From IMG/VR virus record IMGVR_UViG_2811995274_000001: DNA of 64,000 bases; one strand, written 5' to 3'. A model generated the notes under the pieces. It saw only the letters and a list, made by a program, of their open reading frames with translations, did not search any database and was not told where the DNA came from. Of this stretch, positions 48,801 to 57,700 are shown in pieces (the first letter of the stretch is position 1; every line of letters starts with the position of its first letter). The position numbers were made by a program, and so were the translations under genes. This stretch comes from an uncultured virus (IMG/VR IMGVR_UViG_2811995274_000001) (lineage: Duplodnaviria > Heunggongvirae > Uroviricota > Caudoviricetes).

Positions 48801-51679
48801 TGCAAGATGGAGACGATCTATTAGTAAAATTTGATGATAAAGGAAATAAAGTAGCTTTTTACAAAAACGCTGATCAAAATAAACAAGCAAAAATTGCAGC
48901 TAAAAAAGCAAGAGACAAATTAATAGAGCAAGGAATAGATGAAAAATATATAAATGCTTTTATTGATGTAGCTAGAAAAAGAGGAGCTAGGGGAGTAAGT
49001 TCTTCATATATTGAAGGTAATTATACTGCATTAAGATTCTCTCAAGCAATGGAATTTAATAATAACAATAAAAATTTTACATTAGATTTTATGAAAAAAG
49101 ATGGTTTTATTGTTAAATCAATTTCTGATATATCAACTGCTACAGATATAGATGCTAATCTAGAAAATTCAATGTATGGCAAAAATCTAATTATAGATTT
49201 ACACATGGATCAATTAGGAAATAAACAGTTATATAAAAATGAAAACGAACGCTATATAGCTATTCCATTTGCTAATCCTAAATATATGGATAAAGACTAT
49301 AAGATAAGAGAGTCTTTTCAACAAAAATTAAATACTATAAAAGATTTTATGACTACATATCGTGATGATTTATTAAATAATAAAATAAATGATGCAGAAC
49401 AAGAAAATCGATATTTGTCTCTTATAGAACATGTAAAAGAAACTAAGTCCGCTATAGCTGAAGAATTGACAAAAAAACAAACAGGAATCATAGCTAATTT
49501 ATCTAAAATAAATTTATCTGATACTGGTATTTTTAATACTCAAGGTATGCAAATTGTTGGAATTGAGACTATGCATGCATTAAAAGATTTATCTTTTGAC
49601 GGCATTAATTTAGTAGAACAAGCATTAAAGGTAAACAGTTCTAATGGTAAAAAAGGTGTAGACTTTGCATATGCTTTAGCTGGTAGAGCTTATGCGGATA
49701 GATTTTTTAACGAAAAATATTTAAAAGATATCACTAATTCTTTAGGAGTAACAGAAGAAGTATATAGTGATTTTAAAAATAAATTATTTAATAATCTAAA
49801 AACTACTGGAACATTGTCTCTTAATAAACGTGAACCGCAAGAATACGCTGGTTCTACTAATATAAACGCATTATTTTTTAGTGATCATGTTCAAGGAGAT
49901 ACGTTACTTGTTTCAAACACTCTTCAAGAAATTATGAAAAACGATAATGACTCAGACAATATCGATTTTTCTATTTTAAAAGGAGAAGCGGATATCTCTT
50001 ATGCTGATAAAGATGGCTCTATACGTACAATAACAAAAAATATAGATTATGCTACATATAAAACATTATCTAATATGGATAATTTTAGTGTTAGATTACA
50101 TCAAAATACTGCTGAATTATTTGGAGAAGCTAAAAGATCTATGTATGTAGATGCAGCAACATTACATCCTCAATATTATAAATCAGATGCTATGAAAACT
50201 ACAAAAGAATTACGTGAACAAGGTAAGGGGCAAAATCATTTTGATATGCCTTATATGAAAAACTTTACTATTGGTGGTACAGATAGCGGAGATTGGGCTG
50301 AAACTTCATCAAGACAATATACAGATCCAAAAGAATATCAAAGATTATCTACTCAATATGCAAATATAGAACAAAATTTTCTTTCTTCATTAAACGATGA
50401 ACAACAACAAGAATACAATTCTTCTGATCATGCAAAACAAAGAAATATGATTAGAAATTGGGCCGTAAATAATTTTAAAGATAAAGATAATGAATATTTT
50501 GAACAAGTAAAAGACGCATTAGAGTTTAGATTAAATGAATACGATAAAAAACGAGCAACTATTATAGCTAATGCTAATAAACAAGCGGCTGGTAGTTCTA
50601 ACTATGTAATACATAAATATCTTCGTAGAATTGGAGAATCTAATGTATTTAATGGAACAGAATTGTCCGATATAATGCATATTAGTACAGCATTATCAGA
50701 ATCGTTTTTGAGTCCGAAAAACGAACGTGGAAGTATAAATTATAGATTCATAGATGAATTAAGAGATGCAACAGAAAATATGTATTCAGCAGCAAAAAGT
50801 CATGATCAATCTAGAATAGAAGAAGCTCAAAATAATATGGTTGATACTTTAAATTCTTTATTGTCGTCTAGAAAAGAAAAAGAATTATCAAAATTAATTC
50901 CAATAGAAGGAATGAATTCTGAAGAACGTATTCAACATGCATTTAGAACATATGCTTCATTAGCATCTAGAGTTGATTTATCTCAAGTTAGTGATCAGAC
51001 AGAATCTATAGGTACAACACGAAAAGGTGCTTCACAATTATCAGTTTATAAAGATAGTAGTGTTCCTACACAAGAAGTACTCCAAGATATTAATTATGCT
51101 AGTGAGATTGCTACTAATAGAAGTATAGCTAAAACATTGAATGGTCCTATAGAAAGTAATATATCCAAACTAGATAATAATACACCAGATTTAATAGATA
51201 CTATTAATAATAATGTAGAAATGCCAACCATTGAAGACAACATTATAAGAGATAGCTCTAAACAAATTGAAAACTTTTCACGTAAATTAAGTCAAAATTT
51301 TCATTTTAAAGCTAGTAATTTTATAGCTGGTATCGGCGCTGGTATATTATTAACAGGATATGGTTCTACTCCTTCAACTCCAGCAGAAACTCAAGCAAAT
51401 GGAGCTCAAGAAGAATATAACGAACAATATCAACAGCCAATTACCTTTTCTGATATATCTACTCAACAACAATCGAACGGAGCTCCAAGCTATATAATTA
51501 ATATTTCTGGTAGCTCTCCTAATGGGCAACAAGAACAAATTGTAGATGCTATTAATACTGCTATAAATAGTCAAATTCCTAATAATACTTCTATTAATTT
51601 ACAAATAAATACATCATTTGCTGATAAAATATCTCAATCACAAATCAATAAAATGGTAGTAAATAGTTTATTTAATTAA
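42878..51679 (+). CDS. probable virion two-barrel RNA polymerase fused to an N-terminal DEDDh 3'-5' exonuclease
   Basis: 2933 aa; exonuclease VFDLET / GHNIQNFD / AHLSSVD; beta-like NEGS, GLFVQEGEQL, KIAQMEKEKG; beta'-like KREP...NDNDSD. Confidence 0.72.
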   Translation: MDNIFEQDLHIQEVKRRYDQLLNTTVEKSILEKQTKEDRILYYSNYTKWKEKFSDVINNYKEKNISAIPSIAINRINNTVNLFNTSGITIVSQKKFNINNNSKNITEYNNVNNFYKKHGYDIFNAIETGHSKNNSIKNLNYDFDLSYSFEENKSAIPSKRLIDSFNNINKKNKLMVFDLETISGTDVNNKIKLSQITDFTFSLFDAKTKKEIKTYSAIIGATSEQYDDYLDIINKFRKASGEVTNYEKVAFERLKLIGASEIDFSNIDKGIAKFTKFPTSKEVPGIDIDLAQKGADILKYIGEKQQKSKLVKYNNIKMYSWEKSLFEALDTVIDKDITIAGHNIQNFDIPMISETLYSKMHSDGAKAYVAKKYQNGFKPKYIADTLVAERLYGNDIPISENHIKAAKENDLTTRTQEALVRAFFPDFYEENGAHLSSVDVEANAKLILESGRYDTSGNDKNSIFPKGTNTKRIQIKDGSKQLFLAPKGMLPAAHNLIAFTKDFINNNYHTNDKFLITNNDVKDELFGQSALQKDIAYTIKSIHKINIDDVIKDDIRKINPSLYDNELYSVSFLPVINDTETTDIKSNTPITLLGTKNNIEKYISELRLVAEKDTNNEWSTENIPDENYRNLKYITVQNGSIVENVIPKTYDGIQTILDQSTHAVLNESAARKIRDTQYSWNKKMIKLLDEIDKYVEANSDENTSDYEKRKLRNDFINKEIKKAQDIELKRNNGEAISSQEYGAFHKILGFHPLNDKNSYKVYSNTIHSSINAIDYFYANRDVIKTAIDFTENQDIDLKNTQELDSTFSYFYRGLMSKAELEKGPEAIGKINTALPYSDYQFEIDLNGYKGRTFDDNILKVDLNNPNAGYNLINNLFSKQGIKKISKITEESKVAELKRFQDFLFKNNKKIDSNFDNTEPSIRINKFNDYLRIDPSKDNLSTSIDKIIYNLKKIKEINPLSGIISDSVHYDVINPTYKNFGLSKEEIYSSALLLEKEKPNFKTNKDFPLQYHVNNIVDNIIFQKIADSPEKEIEEIANRTKFNKEQASALHRIRNIKREETKDLFNFLLGAVVNAGGEFKYDINNKTLHIKEKDNWIKIDDIFKDVITDSGMMYMQIGNTQTASPYGYYLLGYNETTKRLSANTRIAYAKDSIGWAKSKILEAATDPNSEETIASEFQRAIKKFNQVLRQASSNSKEDMQDMKMASWFDVEGLWKTLPDMYQKGFLNNFKELETIPGTDKINNLSLKNIFHEFLEEYSNKEVDVDNLDNKYIVAINEYLPNIIQNGIVDDYIETHNLTNSTYLHANTADEYVKSNLVAVNKKSANAILSFNENYNYGEREGILSRGINNQIARAKSFNADYVEQQISSGELNDVQIGSPIETEHRSLQKTNKHGLIYKINDTVMARRLNVTTGDLRLILEHSDLDEQTMDFFSTITTNEGSSAITPQLASYAFSSRDSIQKININKLLEENGEFLQRLNERNNITPTLSIKDGKIVFNYSNGLFVQEGEQLAYIKGWQEAQDDIASKRDGILKYGIFSSNSMLVDEKSIETLLNKGITKEQKDLLTNYLLESQNNKKDLNVSSIRAWNLFQQILKDNNFNSYLYVDSIDMSANIKIAQMEKEKGMAKVIAPSIGSLNTNIKNVIEELVGKGSSVEVKNGKIVKRYGADNILHLIPNRSIIDSIITSDSIADSMFGKVLSGYNKDKKQLTDNEIIDSLKRNGFNDKTDFYNAILEEQNYYSNELNRILRQAGITKNNEWINVIGHTNAEVLKHQDTDFAKNAISQLLSEDNSIENKQRIVEELSSSVIGIHLDDNNNIVVPDSSYHNVEELNKAINKLLIDDNGKFVTDRVFYYNDKNMISEQEYNQLSDDEKKQYKSNINEVDFIPVRQLPNYDKERVKAVDDAYGKSTYLTDRHLEILSKRRYDDNTLNILHKRLIDEFGENEGNKKYNKLYGNIKNNDYIFKELISSLKNKRYMQDGDDLLVKFDDKGNKVAFYKNADQNKQAKIAAKKARDKLIEQGIDEKYINAFIDVARKRGARGVSSSYIEGNYTALRFSQAMEFNNNNKNFTLDFMKKDGFIVKSISDISTATDIDANLENSMYGKNLIIDLHMDQLGNKQLYKNENERYIAIPFANPKYMDKDYKIRESFQQKLNTIKDFMTTYRDDLLNNKINDAEQENRYLSLIEHVKETKSAIAEELTKKQTGIIANLSKINLSDTGIFNTQGMQIVGIETMHALKDLSFDGINLVEQALKVNSSNGKKGVDFAYALAGRAYADRFFNEKYLKDITNSLGVTEEVYSDFKNKLFNNLKTTGTLSLNKREPQEYAGSTNINALFFSDHVQGDTLLVSNTLQEIMKNDNDSDNIDFSILKGEADISYADKDGSIRTITKNIDYATYKTLSNMDNFSVRLHQNTAELFGEAKRSMYVDAATLHPQYYKSDAMKTTKELREQGKGQNHFDMPYMKNFTIGGTDSGDWAETSSRQYTDPKEYQRLSTQYANIEQNFLSSLNDEQQQEYNSSDHAKQRNMIRNWAVNNFKDKDNEYFEQVKDALEFRLNEYDKKRATIIANANKQAAGSSNYVIHKYLRRIGESNVFNGTELSDIMHISTALSESFLSPKNERGSINYRFIDELRDATENMYSAAKSHDQSRIEEAQNNMVDTLNSLLSSRKEKELSKLIPIEGMNSEERIQHAFRTYASLASRVDLSQVSDQTESIGTTRKGASQLSVYKDSSVPTQEVLQDINYASEIATNRSIAKTLNGPIESNISKLDNNTPDLIDTINNNVEMPTIEDNIIRDSSKQIENFSRKLSQNFHFKASNFIAGIGAGILLTGYGSTPSTPAETQANGAQEEYNEQYQQPITFSDISTQQQSNGAPSYIINISGSSPNGQQEQIVDAINTAINSQIPNNTSINLQINTSFADKISQSQINKMVVNSLFN

Positions 51680-51751
51680 TAATAATTACTATTTAATATT
51701 ATTTACAAATATGTTAAAATATATTAATAAAATAAAAAAGGAAGGTTTTAA

Positions 51752-54700
51752 ATGGCGTCTGAAAATTACAATTCTGATTTTAGTGGTTATATAGTAGATC
51801 CAAAGAAATTTTTAACTCCAGAAATGGGCGATTACTATATAGGTGCAATTGACGATACATATTTAAAAAAAATAAACTCTATTATAGAAAACAAAGACTC
51901 TAGTAAAACTAATAAAAAAGATGCTCAAAAAGCTGCTTACTATACAGAAAAGCCACCATTTTTAAATGATGGCTTAGGCAGTTTTAATAATGTTAATTTT
52001 ATTAAAACTAATATAAATATAACTGATGAAGATATTGAGCTAGGCTTAATAAGTCCTACAACATTACTAATAAATTCTACAAAAATTATATCTGATAATA
52101 ATGAGAAAGTTCTTGCTAGTCTAAAAGAAAATTTAGAAATATCCGATAACGATGTAAAAGATTATGCCTTTTTTGTTAAATTAATAGGAATAAAAAATAT
52201 GAATAAATCTAAATGGTATATAGATACTTCCATTAATTTAAAAACAATTCCTATAGAAAATAATAGATATTCAGATATATTAAATAATAATAATTATATA
52301 TCTAGTTTTGAACATAATAATGATGATATAGTACAATACATAAAAATAGGAAATAAATGGCATGAAATTAAAAATACATCAAATGGAGTACATGTATGTA
52401 TAGATTCTGGAGATAATAATTATAACGCTGTTATAGAAAATATAAACATATTAAAAGATTTAATAAATAAAGCAAACAATGAAGTGTATTTTGTTATAGA
52501 TAATTATCCTTCTAATAAAATATCTATAGAAACAGATTCTTCATATATGTTAGGAAACTCTACATTAGAAAATGAATTTAAAAACAAAGAAAATATAAAT
52601 AATATAAAATCTGGATATTTTAGATGTTTTATCGAACCTAAAAGATTTTTAAATGCTAGTGCATATATAAAAATAGATAATAAATGGATTAATTTAGCAA
52701 AAGCAATATTATCGAATCCTAAAAATAATGCTTTATATGATACTACGTATAACGGAGTAAATAAAGATATTTTTAAACCAGATTTTTATGATCCTAATTA
52801 TTCTAAATATGCAGATGATTTTTATGAAGATGCTAAATTATTAGATGACAGGAGAGATATCCAGAAACAAATATTTGGTATGGATTTTGATTCCTTGAAT
52901 GATTGGACTGTTACTATAGGAGACGTTACTTTATTTGTTCCGCCAAGCAATATAACAGTAATTTCTACCATAGACAATACCTCTGTTCCATTACTACGAG
53001 CTAAAGGTAGTATGTCTAAAACAGGATTACATAGTAATAAAGTATTAAATTTTTCTATTTACTTTAATGAAGATAGAGGTATCAATGGCTACGAATATAA
53101 AACTAAATTACCTAATGGTAATGAGATTACATATAAAATGAATGGATTAAGAGCTTTAATTTCACAGTTTAAATTTTGTCCATTTTTACCAATAAATAAT
53201 AAATATATTAATCAAACCTTAGATATAGACGCTGTGGTTGTTACTGGCTTATCTATATCTAATTTAGAAGGATATCCTAAGACAATCAAAGTTAATTTTA
53301 CATGTAAAGAATTTGATTATTTAACGTATATACCAGATATAATAAATCAATTTGATGATCCAGATAAATATATAAATTATTTCGCACTAAGTTTTAATTG
53401 GCCAACAATGAGATATTATTATCAACGTCCTATTTTAGCTGGAGATGATTTAGCATCTAAAAAGTATGAATTTAATTCTGATAATTTTAATACAGAAATA
53501 ATGAAAAATAGAACTCTATTGTCACCAATGTCATTTATGGATCCTACAATTAAATTTTTTCTTGCTGACAAAACTTATTTAGATGAATTATATGATATGT
53601 ATTTAGATGCTAATCGCATAGCTCAAACAGGAGTTAAATTTAATCAAGACGATAAGGATAATTTAACACAATTATCTTTTGTTTTTGAAGCTATTAAAAG
53701 TGTATCTGAAAGTGAAGATTTCATAAAAACACTAAATGAATTAAACACAATAGAATTTAAAAAAATTACTAGTACTACAACTGGAGATAGATATAGTGAA
53801 CAAAATCTTAATATAGTTCCTGAGATACGTCCAGCAAAAGAAAAAATAAATAATATATTAGATATGTTAAATAAAAAAGTTACATCTATAAATGAGACTA
53901 TAGGACATAACTTAATAAACAAAACATATTATAGTTATGATAAAGTATCAATAAACGATACTGAATTTAAGATATATTGTAGTTTAAATATTGTATTAAA
54001 TACTCCAGTAAGCGATAAAGATGCATTTGATAATTTAGGATTTGCATGTTCTAATTTTTTAAATACGCAACAAAATAGAACATTACAAGAAAATACTATT
54101 GTAGTTCCGATTACGGCTATTTTAATAAAAGATGATAATGATGATAGCTTTTATAGTTCATCATATTGTATAAAAAAAGGAACCTTTTCTCTTGATTGGG
54201 AAGATGCAGATATGACAGTTCTTTTATTTTCTACTAAAGCAAAAGAACAAGAAACAATGGTAAAAAGTTATAATTTAAGTTTTAAAAATACAGAAAATAT
54301 ACCATTTAATGAATATGATGTTGGCACTGTAAGAATAAAAAGTTATAGTGCTATTTTAGCTAATCACGTATCTCAAATTTATTTAAAAGATATCGATGGT
54401 ACTGCTCCTCAATATTTGGGCGGAGAAGATATGATTTTTTCTATCGTTGTAGAAACTACTGATGAAAAAACAGTACGAACGTTAAGTAATTTGCCAAAAA
54501 TAGTTTCTAGTTTTACTAGAAAATATAAATCTATAATGCCATGTTATCCTTTAAGAATAGATTCAGAAATAACAAGATTTTTAGGTACTTTTGAAATGAT
54601 CGTTGAAAACGTACAAGCGGTAGCAACAGCTAACGATAATCCTGTACGAACTTTAGTACTTAATCTTAGAGCAGTCGATAGAACGTATAGATCTAGAGAA

Positions 54701-57700
54701 GCATTAAGACGTATAGAACAAGATAATTCAGGAAAAATATATAGTTCAGAACGTCATGAAAAGCAAGTACAATCATATTTTGATATTAAAAAAGTAATCT
54801 CTAAAGCAGAATTATATCCAGATCTTGAATTACCAACTATAAAAGAAATGGAAGATATCGGTTATCAGTTTATCAGATATAAATTTCAAGATTATAGGGA
54901 ATATGTCGATCCAGATTTTTATTTTATATATCCAAATAAATTAGCTTCTAGCATAATAAGAGAAGCATGTATTAACTGTGGAGATGCTTGTTCTAAATCT
55001 ACATATACCCTTACGGATTCTTCAAATGGCGTAGTTTCTATTTCTCCAGATAAAAAAATGGGATATAAAGTAGTAAATGAAAATAATGAAATTATAAAAC
55101 AAAAAGAAACAAACAATCAAATAAATAAAGCAATTGATAAGTCTATTGCTGATAAAAAACAAAAAGAAAAAGAAGATAATCTAGCACAAAAAGCTAAACT
55201 TAAACCTAATCTTGAAAATGAAGAAACATATGAAGCGTGGACAATTTGTAACGATATTAAAACTATTTTCTTTGAGAGTAATAAAAAAATACAATACGAT
55301 GCCTTTATTCAGACAACTAAATCACGTAATCAAAATCCTGATGACGTAATTAATAATACAGAAAATAGTACAGATAATAACGCAAATACAAAAGAAAATG
55401 CTGATAAAGATACAGATAATACCTCCGTAAATAATACTGATGCTAAAGAGTCAAATACTACTAAAAAAAGCACTTCTGTATCTAAAAAATATGTAGAAGG
55501 AAAAGAATTATATATTAAATTAGAAGAAGCTAGAAAAGCTTCTAATGAAATCGAATATTATTTAAATAATACATATATAAATGAAGAAGTATACGACAAA
55601 TTATACACTCCTAATATAGTTACTGTAGAAGGTAGCTTATATGAAAATGAATTTTATGAAGCGATTAAAACTTTAATATATAATACTATAGATAAATTTT
55701 TTAGTGATTCAGAACCTATTTCTAATATGTTAAGCCCATTAAATATAGAAATAAATGATAACTTTAAATCTGTTGTAAAAGATATTATTTATTCATTTGC
55801 TTGTGCTAAAACTGGTACACAATGTTATTCTGGAAAAATGGCTTCTAATGATTGGAGACCTAATCATTTTAATGTTGTTGGATACAAGATAAATAGAGAT
55901 TCTCAAGATATAACTGGAAAGGATGCTGTAAAAACTGTAGATGAAGGAGTAAAAGAATCCATAGAATTTAGCATATTTGGTATTAAGCAATATGATAAAA
56001 ATGAATTTGCAAAAATAACCGAACAATCCGTAATAAATCCTTGGGATAATATTGGCTCTACAAACACAACACACTATTTATTGGATCCTTACTATACTTA
56101 TAACACAGTAGAAACTATAGAAACATATAAAAAAGGATGCATAACTAATCCATGTTATGCAACCGTAGCATTTTTAAGATTATGTCTATATTGGTTAAAA
56201 CGTTTAATAGATATACAAGCTTTACCATCATATAATTATTCTATTATGCGTAATAGTTTAAATGTAGAAGAAAATGCTCAAAAAGATTTAAAAAAAGTAA
56301 TTTCTCAATCACAAATGTCAACAAATTATGATTTATATCAAATGTCTATAAGCCAAACACATATAAACTTTATAAAGAAAAATTTATATGCATTTGATGC
56401 CGGCATGTTTTGGATTGCTGCTCTTTTAGCAGCTACAAATGGTTCTCCTACTATATTGAACAAAATACAATATAGAGATTATAGTTCATTAAATGATTAT
56501 TTAAAAAGTAGCTGTGTTACTGAAACTAATTTTGATACAAGCGATATAACTAGACTAGTCCTTAGAAAATCTGCTTTTGCATTAGTTGGTTTAGGAAGAA
56601 TTACTGACTTTGATGCAATAGGCATAAAACAATCTAGTCCAGCTATAAATTATAAAAGAAATTTGCTTAATAAAATATACTTAGAATGCGCAGATGATCC
56701 TTCTATTTATATCCCCCATGCTTGTCATGATATGATAGTCCATGACGCTAGAGGAAGAATGTTACGTGCCTTTCCTACTTTTTATATGCTTTTGGTGGAC
56801 GAAGGAAGGACTATAGGACAATGGAAACTACATGATAATTTTTATAATAATATGTGCATAATGGATATGCAAATTGTTAAATCTAGAAAGATTCCTGCTG
56901 ATACAGCAACAATAACAATGAGTAATTTCTTTAAAACTTTTGTAGAGGATAATAGCGATAATATTAATGTACAAGAAGCTAGTTTTGATAATGTATTTGA
57001 TGCTATTTTTAGTCCATTGGTTACAACAGAAAGTGTTTATAAAAAACTAGAAGATAAACGTAAAAAATCTTCTGTTAACAGCGCAACAAGACTTCAGCCA
57101 GGCGTTAGAATTCATATAAGAATTGGATATGGTTCTAATGCTGATATGTTACCAGTTGTTTTCAATGGAGTAATTGCAGAAGTAGATGTTCAAGACGCTG
57201 TCAATATAGTCGCTCAAGGAGACGGAATAGAATTAATGAATCCTATTCTTGATGATAGAGAAGCTCATACTGTTAGAACAAATGATGATTTTTTACCAGG
57301 CACCGTTACAAACGGAGACACTCCTAAAAATATAATGAATTCAATATTAACTAATCATGGAGGTTGGATTCCAGATACATTTAAAGATGGTATTGGAGAA
57401 GACGGTTGGCTTGCTGGATTAATTGACGCTAATCCATATGGAATTGTACATTTTGGTGACAAAGATTATAAAGATATAATTCCTAGCGGAGAACCTACTC
57501 AAAATATTTATGAAGCTGTTAGCAAACCTGCTTGGGGAGCAGATGATAGCATAACTATGACATATGCTGATGATGATGTACCAACAATAACATTTGAATT
57601 GTTAGGAAAAACAGTTTGGGATGTTGCAAATATTTGTCGTTCAGTTAGTCCAGATTTTATATGTGGTATAGCTCCATTTGATTTTAGATCTACATTATTT

